Origin: Octopus vulgaris
Lineage: Eukaryota
Length of the DNA: 64,000 nt
Reading direction: 5' to 3'
Assembly (NCBI GenBank): GCA_951406725.2
Contig: OX597826.1
Span: forward strand, 37,262,001-37,326,000
Shown here in pieces: positions 1-11,088 of the stretch. A program made the translations under genes and the position numbers. The stretch's first letter is position 1, and each line of letters begins with the position of its first letter. The notes beneath the pieces are model-generated. The model was not told the origin of the DNA. It made no database searches and saw only the letters and a list, made by a program, of their open reading frames with translations.

Positions 1-48
1 AGGTGGTACACAATGGATTGAGACCGAAATTACGTAGCCGTAAAGCTT

Positions 49-245
49 AAATCCTCAAATCCTTAAAAATGTTTTAACCCGAAGGCCGCGGCCATGCTGG
101 GGCACCACCGCTGACCTCTTTCTTTATGCTTACAGCACGTAGGTTTCCTAAGCGGTCACCCATCTAAGTACTAACTAGGCTCGATGTTGCTTAACTTCGG
201 TGATCGGACGAGAACCGATGCTTTCAACGTGATATGGCCGTAAGC
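49..245 (-). mobile_element. Candidate 5S-derived SINE (SINE3): 5S head + shared SINE 3' tail + (RAGGATTT)2 terminal repeat
   Basis: 5S is followed by GGTGCCCCAGCATGGCCGC (106-88), 18/19 identical to the tail motif of SINE family A at 16254-16272. Flanked by AAGCTT at 43-48 and 242-247. Confidence 0.65.
126..245 (-). rRNA. 5S rRNA: Full-length 5S rRNA sequence, dispersed copy (probably a retroposed copy or SINE3 head rather than an array gene)
   Basis: Reverse complement reads GCTTACGGCCATATCACGTTGAAAGCATCGGTTCTCGTCCGATCACCGAAGTTAAGCAACATCGAGCCTAGTTAGTACTTAGATGGGTGACCGCTTAGGAAACCTACGTGCTGTAAGCAT. It is 120 nt, with box A, box C and paired termini (GCTTAC/GTAAGC). No oligo-T terminator immediately downstream. 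Confidence 0.95.
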
Positions 246-979
246 TTCTTGATAATACTGTCAAGTCTTCGCCTTGCATTAAAAATCCCTCCATATACTA
301 TTTTTTAACGAAACAATTCTCTTCTTATACGTATTTAGTGCTTAGTTTATTCATATTAGTTAATCCTATTCTTACCAAAAGCCACTTCGATATTTAAAAA
401 CAAAGTTATCAAATATTAACAAATCAAGCTGAACAGGTCATTTTTGTCATTCAAATATAGAATGTTGAGAAAAGTACGAGTAATAAATGAAATTAGGTAT
501 TTGTTGGGGGGGTTTTCTGTGATAAACAATATAAATAGAATAGGCAGAATATATTTACATTCTAAATATTTTTCTCACAGCTTGACTTTCTAATATCTAA
601 ATATCTATCTGATTTAAATAATCGCTGCAGACTTTATATTTTCAGGCAAAAATTGATAATAATGATCGAAGAATATAAAATGAAACCAACCAATAAACGG
701 TATTGAATTATGGAATGTAAAATAAATAGAAATTTGACAAAATAGACAAAGGTGATTCGTAAACAAATATGTATTTATTGAACGTTATTGACCAAGTTAA
801 ACAATATTGCAAGTGTTTATTTTGAAATATAGACTTAAAAAGACTCATGAAGTACAAAGTATAATTTGTGTATGTGTGCGCACGTGTGTGTGTATGTATG
901 TGTGTGTATGTGTGTGTGTATGTGTTTAAAATAGAGAAAATAACGCTTCATTAGATGTAGTAGAGTTTATATATTCTTT

Positions 980-1085
980 GGACCAGTTTACTTCCCAACA
1001 CATTCGTTCCTGATTCAGTTTCAATGTTTGGTACCTTGGGCAAGTGTCTTGTGCTATAGTGCCGAGCCGACAAACTTGCCGACAA
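980..1085 (+). mobile_element. Degenerate 5' head of SINE family A
   Basis: CCTTGGGCAAGTGTCTT...CTATAG...GCCGAC matches the head of the copy at 16206-16615. Confidence 0.6.
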
Positions 1086-1090
1086 TAAAA

Positions 1091-1637
1091 AGTGTCCTGA
1101 TGCAGTACCAGACATGGCTTCTGAAGTGTTATCATGTACATTGTTTTGTCTTGGTATAAAAGATAGGCTACAGCAAATATTCTGCTCAATACCATAGATT
1201 TACTTGTCAGTTGTTTAACTTTAACCAGCTGAACATGTCCTTCAGTGGCTGACGATATGTACATCTCTGATCATGAGCAGAGATAGTGGGGGAGCATCAT
1301 AGCCGTGTGCTGAACGGAATCCTTGGAGGTTTGCATAAATCACCTTAGGAAACATGGGTGGTTCTTTCAACACCCTTAAACAACCTTTATTCAGGGAACT
1401 TTTGAGCGGGATGGGCTACTCAAGCAGAAGAAAATTCTAGCTGGGCCCCACCTGCGCTGTTAATATTGATATGAGATTATGTTGTGCACATATGGTTGTG
1501 ATGCATGTGCCTAGTGTACCCTTGTCAGACGGGTAGTCATCATGGGTATACTGGGCTTCGTATATTTTACCCCAGTGTCACTTTGATGGCATGCACCGTT
1601 CTCTCACTCAATAACAATAACAATAATAATGATTATT
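1091..1637 (+). mobile_element. ~520-bp non-coding retroposon ending in (AAT)n (family C), copy 1
   Basis: Colinear with 32253-32779 and 32911-33387. Ends in CTCTCACTC-(AAT/AAC)n. Confidence 0.85.
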
Positions 1638-1666
1638 ACAAAGTAGCATAGCACTGACTTTAATTC

Positions 1667-1736
<70 letters not shown>

Positions 1737-2283
1737 CTTCGAATAGTCCTACACATGATTCTACTGCATCATTTAGTAACGGTTGAATAACCTATTTTGA
1801 ATACCTAACACTAAGCAAACCGATAAACGTTTAGAGAAATCCCTTACTAATTGCCAATATATATAGATAGATAGACAGACAGACAGACACATAGATAGAA
1901 AAACATGACCACATTCCAAAGAATGAAGAGAGTAAACGAAAGAAAGAAACAAAAGTTGTTCTCTTTTATATTCTTCCAAGGAGGTTCATCCAATCAGTTG
2001 ATATTCTGAGATTCTTAGATTCTTATATACCTTCGCTTGCAAGTGTGATCTAAAGAGTAAGTTTAAAGTATTAAACTCCAAGTGCAGTTAATTTTTCAAT
2101 GGTCACTTTTGGAAGGGAGTTATTCTTGACCAACTGGATTGGGGTACACAGAAACGTGGACGTGTAGATTCTTATTTTCATTAAATCCAGAGGTCTGTTT
2201 CATTACTAACTGCTAATCCATCACAGCTAACGGCATCACACTAATTTTTACTCACATTCATATGCATATATATATATCTATAA

Positions 2284-2343
<60 letters not shown>

Positions 2344-2443
2344 ATGTATATATATATATATATATACATATATATATTTATATATATATATGCACACACA
2401 TACATACACACACACACAGACACACACACACACATATATATAT

Positions 2444-2553
2444 AACGTAAAAGACTTGTTTTATTTATATTCCTGACCGCCATACTAATACAATTGTTTG
2501 TTTGTACTCCACCTGCCTTCGTCCTTTGTTTATTTTCATAAAGCTTCCCGTTA
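2444..2553 (+). mobile_element. 5'-truncated copy of the short hammerhead-bearing family D, between (TA)n tracts
   Basis: AACGTAAAAGAC...TTCCTGA...ATACTAATACA...CCACCTGCCTTCGTC aligns to the reverse complement of 9718-9815. Confidence 0.75.
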
Positions 2554-2604
2554 TATATATATATATATATGGGGAGAATGTTAGTAGTAATTTAGTTGGC
2601 GGAC

Positions 2605-2662
2605 TTTGGCTGATGAGAAATCAGGCACCTATTTGGCGCTAAATTTCGAAACCGGTACCAGG
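2605..2662 (+). ncRNA. Type I hammerhead ribozyme with canonical core (Penelope-like pseudo-LTR type)
   Basis: Stem I TTTGG/CCAGG; CTGATGA 2610-2616; stem II GAAAT...ATTTC; GAAA 2648-2651; palindromic stem III ACCGGT; cleavage triplet GUA ending at 2657. Confidence 0.8.
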
Positions 2663-2915
2663 TTGACAAGCATTTACTTGAGGTAAGACATTATTATTGT
2701 TAACTGATATTTTTTCCTATCTTATCTGTAATGGATTTGTGACTATACGGTGGTACAGGTGTATTTTGTGACTTCTATCATTAGCGATATAGGTACTCAT
2801 GTAGTACCCTTGTGTATATATGTAGATATCTAACATTTTATGTATATATTTTCTTAATTTGCCAGTACGGCTGATAATTCGCTTACTACTAGTGATGGAG
2901 TTTTAATTATACCAT

Positions 2916-2954
<39 letters not shown>

Positions 2955-2972
2955 CACACACACACACACACT

Positions 2973-3028
<56 letters not shown>

Positions 3029-3401
3029 TACATACACACATATTTACTTACATACTTGCTGCTGAATGTTGAACATGAGATGAAATCATCTGATAGAATA
3101 CAAAAGTTGTTAAGAACTTCGAACAGCCGATATACAAGTCTACTTCTTAATGTGCTTGGTTTCTTCTTTTTTCATGACACAGTATACGAGCAATTACTGA
3201 AAGTATTTCTTAAACCAGATACACATTGTTGTATGTTAAAGGTGTATAAATTTAAAATCATTTCACAACTTTGAATGAAATAGCAAGGGGAGAATTTAGA
3301 AGAAAAGAAAAATCTGGCAAAACCAAAATAAAAAAAAGACAAACGTGAAAAAAAAAGTGAGAACAGAGAACAACGTCTATCTTGTTCCATATTCTTGTTA
3401 G

Positions 3402-3531
3402 TGATATCCTGCCCTTTGCTGACGGCAAAGATGTATATAACAGTATCATTAAATGATGTTCAGCTTTTAGATTTTATTAATAAATTGGTTCCGAACTGTG
3501 CACCACTATTAAATTCAGATATTGGTAAATG
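3402..3531 (+). CDS. Weak candidate internal exon (ISCPLLTAKMYITVSLNDVQLLDFINKLVPNCAPLLNSDIGK)
   Basis: Pyrimidine-rich acceptor ttcttgttag, one open frame, donor TG|GTAAGA (alternative TG|GTAAAT at 3524). No recognised homology. Confidence 0.2.
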
Positions 3532-3939
3532 GTAAGAATTCGAATGCCTGGGAGAGAAGACATATTGAAAGGCTTATTAGGAGACATAGTAATCACGATA
3601 TTTTCTTTCTCTGCAGCTGCAAACAACTACACATAACATGGCACACATGAATATATATATATATATATATAAAACACACACACACATACATATCATGGTA
3701 TACGTACAAACACACATCGTAGCATACAACGCATACAGACACACATACACACACACACCCGTATATTTATGACTGTGTGTTTGTGTGTGTCTGTGTGTCA
3801 GTGTGTGTGTTGTGTGTCTAAGTGCGTGTGTTGCACACAAGAGTACACAAGAGTACATCAGCCAGAAAATAAACATAGCGACACCTTTTTAACAATCTGC
3901 TCTTTTAAATCAAACGCACACTTTATCAATGAGATGTTG

Positions 3940-4227
3940 ATGATTATCAACCTCCTCATCACCTTTATCATCATGATTATCACCATCGTCCTTATCACCA
4001 TCGAAATCGTCATCATCAATATGATCGCCATCATCATCATCCTCATCATCATCAAAAGCAGCAGCAGCCTCACCACCGTCATCCCGATCCTAATCATTAT
4101 CATTATCGTCATCATCATCAGCAGCAGCAGCAGTAGCATTCTCATTATCATCGGCATCTTTATTATAATTATCATGACCATCATCCTAGTCATATCATCA
4201 TCATCAACAACAGCAGCAGCAGCATAG

Positions 4228-4258
<31 letters not shown>

Positions 4259-4372
4259 TATGACGATCGCCATCAAAAGTATCATCCTCGTCACCATCAC
4301 AGTCATTATCACATCATCATCATCATTGTCTTAATCACTATCGTCATAAACATCTTCATCATCATCATCATT
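3940..4372. repeat. Degenerate (ATC)n/(AGC)n trinucleotide tract
   Basis: Directly visible; explains the Ile/Met/Ser-rich ORFs 3769-4227 and 3858-4193. Confidence 0.9.
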
Positions 4373-4926
4373 GCCTTCAACCCAATGCAAACCTTTTCTA
4401 TACGCATCAATTTAATAAGAAATCTAAATGACTGAAAGTATATGTCCCCCCACACACACACACACACACGCGCGCAGCTTCTTTGACTTTTTCAATCTCT
4501 GCGTGTAGTTTCTTTATGTTAATTTATCGTGGCATTACGATACGAATATCATGATCAATATACGCATGCTTCAGAACTAATAAGAAAATCAAATGAGAAA
4601 GGAATAAAAGTTTATATTATGCAGTTCTTTACCTTACAGCCGTTTCTGTTATAAGATGCATCTCACTCATTGTTGAGTGCTTCCTTGAGTAGCACCTTAT
4701 AGTTTAGTATGTGCGCGCAGATGTGTGTGTGCGCACATGTGCGAGTATATGTACAAACGTTTTTAATATTAGATCTAATTAAACTTTATCTAAATCTGGA
4801 TATACCTAAATGTATACACATTTTACATTTAATCTAATTCTACTTATGGCAGAGGCTCTTGGTTTCCATATCCCACATAGGTGTTTGCTTTCTCAAAGGT
4901 AATGCTTTTCCGTATATATATATACG

Positions 4927-5020
<94 letters not shown>

Positions 5021-5157
5021 TAAGTTGCACTTTATACTTGACGCTCTGGTGATACTGTAATGTGTTACTCACGCACTCCACTATGAGTCCACTACATCTT
5101 TTAGCAGAGACATTTGCAATCTTATGAAGTCCATAAGTTAATCGTTCATGTCATCTC

Positions 5158-5225
<68 letters not shown>

Positions 5226-5267
5226 AATATAATACATACATACAACCCTGTGTGTGAGTGTGTGAGT

Positions 5268-5298
<31 letters not shown>

Positions 5299-6204
5299 CA
5301 TTTACATATACATACATTATGATTGCATGGCTCTGTAGTACATGGTTTGCAGAGGTTTTCCTTCCAGTATTTTACCAAATTTTGTATAGAGTTCACCAAT
5401 CTAAGTTATGATGTTTGTACTTTTATTTTTCCTGTGGAATCACATATGAATCTGATGAATGGAATACCATGGGGTTTGACTGGCGCTGAAGACATCTATG
5501 CGCACGTATCGAAAGTAGTTAGTTGGAAGTCTAAATGATGCGTATGAATGCAATGGAAAAGTTATTTGTATATTGTATATATAACTAGCCAATTACTTTC
5601 CGCTGAGCAATAATTGGGTTCTCTGCAGTCTCAATTCATAATGTTTGGGATAGTTGTATAACAACATGGGAGAAGCGAAAGACTTAATACTACTTGCCGT
5701 TTTTAATCCGAATGGACTTTTATTAAAAATAAAGTAATAGTTATAATGTACAAATAAGTTAGTTCTAAATAATCGTTGCAATTTGTGTAGCTGCAGCTAA
5801 ATTAGAAGAAGGGGGATACCAAGTAATATTTCTTGTCCCAATATCGTGTCCCGCACACCTAGTTGTATCCACGACGTACTTATATTTTCTGTGTGTCGGA
5901 TTCTGAAAAATGTTTTAATCAAATAAATACCTCGCTCATACAACGCAATACACAGATGGATGCACACATTTAGTTACATCGGCAATTTTTCGTTCAATTA
6001 GATTCATTTTTAGTGTTTATATAGTTTACATTTAGCACTCCGAGGATGCATTTTATCCTTCATCTGTGCTTGTATATTCTTTAATCCATGAATGTGTTTA
6101 CATCTACATTCATGTGTATATGCCTGTATATTTATACATTAGTATAGTATATATAAACAAATTAAAAGAATGAAATAAAAACGGATTTTTGTCTCATTCT
6201 GTTA

Positions 6205-6243
<39 letters not shown>

Positions 6244-6743
6244 TCCTAATATATGGCCTACGTTGGACTCCTGATTCGCATAATCACCGAACCTGGAGCT
6301 TAACTATATCCTGTTCATGGCACTTGCTCAGCATTACTTGCCACCTTTGGGTCTTTTTGACACCACCACCATCTCTCATAACCTACATAAGTATATTATT
6401 TATAAGCAATGAAGTAAAGAGTGCTTAGGGAGTAAAATGGTTCTATAGGTGAACAGGGTGTATTATCTTTTATAATTTAATAGACTCTGACGTCAAGCGT
6501 CTTCTGTATTTGTCTTTCAATCTGACAGTTTCAATAAACCACAAACCATCTAAAAATTCGAAGTCACTATCAATTGAATTATATTTACATAGCTATAGCT
6601 ATCTATCAATCTTTGCCTCAGTATACTCAAATACATATGTATGTGTGTTTGTGTGTACATAGATATTTATACACACGTACACACATTTATTAACATCTTT
6701 TTCATGAATGTATATAATCACGTATAATCACGCAACAAAATGC

Positions 6744-6745
<2 letters not shown>

Positions 6746-6808
<63 letters not shown>

Positions 6809-6814
6809 ATATAT

Positions 6815-6875
<61 letters not shown>

Positions 6876-7446
6876 TAGATAGATACGATACGTACATACA
6901 TACATACATATATGCATTTATGTGTATATGAATGTATGTGTATATATATATATATATATGTATTGGTATATATATATATATATATGTATGTATATATATA
7001 TATGATTTTGTGTATGTGTGTGTATGCATTATCCATTAACACCCTCATAGCTCCACGTTCATTTCCCTCAGTAATTCTCACCCTTTAAATTTTAAAATCG
7101 AACGTTCTGAGTTTCCTGCAGAACCCTAATATTATACACGCTTCCTGTTTTACCTGATTATTAAATTATATTAATGTACATTCTCACTTCCACTCTAAAC
7201 ACCTCTGCGCTTCAAATTAGTGAATAAATGACATTTCATTTGGTAAATACACATTAAAACCTTAACTAAGTTAATTCTTTTCATTCTAAATTCTTGTTCG
7301 CCGATTTTAACACACCACTACACAAACACTGCTTGAATGCGGAATTACTATAAACATGGACACATGCGAATGCATATGAAACGCCACAGAGATACACGCG
7401 CGATGCACGCATTCTCACAAGCGCGAACACATTCATACATCTATGC

Positions 7447-7492
<46 letters not shown>

Positions 7493-7509
7493 ATATGTAT
7501 GGATATCTC

Positions 7510-7557
<48 letters not shown>

Positions 7558-7663
7558 TATATACGTATGTGTATATATATATATGTAGATATATATATAT
7601 ATATAAATATACATATATATATACATATATACATATGTCTGTGTGTATATATATATACTCATA

Positions 7664-7712
<49 letters not shown>

Positions 7713-7757
7713 TATATGAATATGTATGTTTATATATATATATGTAAGTATATATGC

Positions 7758-7810
<53 letters not shown>

Positions 7811-7817
7811 TCCCGGG

Positions 7818-7880
<63 letters not shown>

Positions 7881-8180
7881 TACGCATGTGTGCGGGTGAG
7901 TCCATGTTTATTGTTGCGTAAACATCACATAAATGTAATTAATCGTAATAGACACACTACATATATCTTTTATCTGTCCGTCTTTCAGTCATTTGACTGC
8001 GGCCATGCTGGGGCAACCGATTTGGAGTGCTGAGTCAAGCAAATGGGTTCCTAGGACTTATTTTTTAAAGTCTGGAAGTTATTATACAGTTTGTATGTAT
8101 GTATATATGTATGAAGGTGGGTCGTTTGGCCTGCGTGTGCCTCTGTCTTATGCACACACACACATGCATACATTCTTATA

Positions 8181-8225
<45 letters not shown>

Positions 8226-8226
8226 A

Positions 8227-8298
<72 letters not shown>

Positions 8299-8360
8299 AT
8301 ATATATGTGTATGTATTTATATGTATGTATATATATGTGCGCGTGTATGTGTGTATGTGT
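6746..8360. repeat. Cluster of long compound (TA)n/(TG)n/(CA)n microsatellites, representative of dozens across the window
   Basis: Directly visible; source of the YI/CV/HT pseudo-ORFs. Confidence 0.95.
7965..8083 (-). mobile_element. SINE family A 3' tail fragment
   Basis: TTTCAGTCATTTGACTGCGGCCATGCTGGGGCA...AGGACTTATT matches 16238-16310. Confidence 0.8.
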
Positions 8361-9641
8361 GTACTATAATAAGTTCCATTCAATATATAGAGTGAATGAT
8401 CCTACACGACTATTCACACACAGAAATAGCAAGCAATATCTCGATAAAGCTAACTCTATATGAAAGTCAGCTAACTTCAGTAGACACCTTGATTAAAAGC
8501 TTCTTTGTTATCTCAGTTCTCAGTATTTAACTTAGAATTACAGAACACCTGACGTTTATGCATTCAGCATTAATAGGTGCCTATAATTGCATTAATTAAG
8601 GGGAAAGTGGCAAGTAAGCTATGACGATAATACCGTGTTAATGTTACACACTAATGTCAGTGATATATATCTCGGCATAGATTAAGTATGTCTTTTGTTG
8701 TGAAGTTAATCTCAATACTCATGGGCACTGCTTACTTTCCTTCAGCTTCTATGAACCGTGTCAATATAAACACCCAATTAGCTGAATACGAGCGCAGTAT
8801 TCAATGCACAGTGATGTACACTACGATAACTAAGCAGAGAAAATAGTAGATTCTGAAAACCTAGAGTCGTTTTATATGATTACTTATTTCTGAAATTTAG
8901 AGACGAAACGTTTAAAAACTGTCGACTTGTTTAATTTGAACGGTAATAGTAAATCTCATAATACAATTCGTAAGACATCTGGGAACCAGAAACAGCCTTC
9001 GAAATACTCTCTTAAATATACGAGGGGGAACAATTATAGTTAAAACTGTCATTCTATTTCCCTACACCGTTTTTTTTTTCTTTAGTTGTTTGAACGCAAA
9101 TGGTACCGATACATTATGGTAACGGTGACTGAAATCTACAAAATTAAATATAACCATGGTAACGTGTTGACTTAGACACCTGAAATTCTCATCTCTACTG
9201 TAAAACATTGCTGTTCTCTGAGACTTCAAGTGTTGCACATGTATGCAATAACCAACGAATGTGTATCATAATGACCATTCGATCGATCTGCTATATAAAT
9301 TAAACCCTGCATTCTTAATTAAGGGAATGGATTTTTATATTTTTTACTCCTGGCAATGATTTCAAAATACGGAATGTTCATGGTTTGAATATTCTTAATC
9401 TTAGATATACTCGTGCGGTATTAACCTAGAGCTAAAGAAAAACAAATTCTTATTAATCAATTAGAATTATTATTGCTCTTTCTAGGACTATGTGAGTGAC
9501 TTGCATTTAGGATTAAATATTTAAGTGATAATCCTTAGTTATCGTAGGTCATTAATGATTAAATTACTTTACAGTTAAATCCCTAATATCTATCTCCGAA
9601 AACAGTTTCTTGTATATTACAAGATGCAGCACACAACAGGA

Positions 9642-9717
<76 letters not shown>

Positions 9718-9722
<5 letters not shown>

Positions 9723-9904
9723 ACGAAAAAAACAACAAAAGACGAAGACAGGTGGTGTACAAAACAAACAGATGTATTAGTATAACGCTCAGGAATAGAA
9801 AAAAGTCTTTTACGTTTCGAGCCTACGCTCTTCTACAGAAAGGGACACAGAAAACAAGGAGAGAAAAAATGTGTGTAGTTGCTAACGATCTATCATGGCG
9901 TCTG

Positions 9905-9906
<2 letters not shown>
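9718..9906 (-). mobile_element. Short non-coding element (family D) carrying a minimal hammerhead-like motif
   Basis: Near-identical copies at 46178-46330 and 58414-58560, all embedded in dinucleotide tracts. Minus strand reads CTTT-CTGTAGA-A-GAGC(GTAG)GCTC-GAAAC-GTA-AAAG. Confidence 0.85.
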
Positions 9907-9945
<39 letters not shown>

Positions 9946-10871
9946 ACGAATAAATGTTTGGACAGAAATAAAATTTCAAGGGGTACAACAGCACCTTAAG
10001 AGTTGAAGCACAGTTGTTATTTGAATGAGTTTGAGTGGTATGTGTCAGAAATTAATGACATAGAAATCACACACAATCAATGCACTGGTGAAGGGATTAA
10101 GCGTTTCCATGAAGCAATCCTAAACAGGAAGGTCATTAGAACATGACGGTACATAAGCGTATTGTAGAAATTGCTTATTCTCAGATAAGAGTTGATGATT
10201 CTTAAATGTGAAAGCGTTTGGTAATAGCAATTATTTGAAAATAAACTGAATGTTGAGCGACGTAATCGGATTAATATTGAGCTTGCTATGTTTTAATATA
10301 TCTAACGTTGATTCGCACAACACCCACTCTTATTAAACATAAGACAGAGGGTGGAATATTCTAAAAAATAAATTGTTGACGTTTGACATAGCAATATCTA
10401 CAAAGAAAGAATTTGCTATATTCAGTTTCGAAGAAATCGAAGTATAAAAGAGAATTCCATGAATTGACAGACACCAAATAAATCTATGAATATTTGTTTT
10501 TTTGCAGAGATCGTACAACAATTGGGGCAGAACGTATTGGCATTATATACCAGAGAACTTGCAGTATTGACAAATTGCAGATTTTTCAGTTTGATTAGAA
10601 TGACCATGTTGTAAAAGAGTATATTTTATCTTCTGTTGGACATTCGTGATGCTTAAGAAACTGTAACCATCGGATAAGCTGGTACATTAACATTTCAACC
10701 GTCTACCGATAATAATCATAATCAACTTAGGAACAAATAACGAAATATTTATCAAGTGATAAAATGTTGAGTGAAACACGCACAAATGTGTCCACAGAAC
10801 AAATAGTAAGTATATTATACGACTGAAATTAACAATATTAAAACATTAAAAAGCATACACAGATACAAACA

Positions 10872-11088
10872 TCAGGCAAAATGTCGCTAGCATGCCGCGC
10901 AAAATCCTTATCGGCATTTCGTCTATTTTTACATATAAAGTTAAAATTTTGCCGATATCGAATTTGCCTTTCATGTTTTCGGAGTGGTGGTGATAAATTA
11001 AGTATCAGTTGAGAACTGAGGGTCGATGTAATCGACTTACCCCCACTCGCACCCCCGAAAATGCTGACTTTGGGCCAAATTTGAAACC
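10872..11088 (+). mobile_element. Degenerate tRNA-SINE family M (Meta-domain-like)
   Basis: TTTGCCTTTCATG...GATAAATTAAGTATCAGTTGAGAACTGAGGGTCGATGTAATCGAC aligns to the reverse complement of 33428-33635. Confidence 0.7.
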
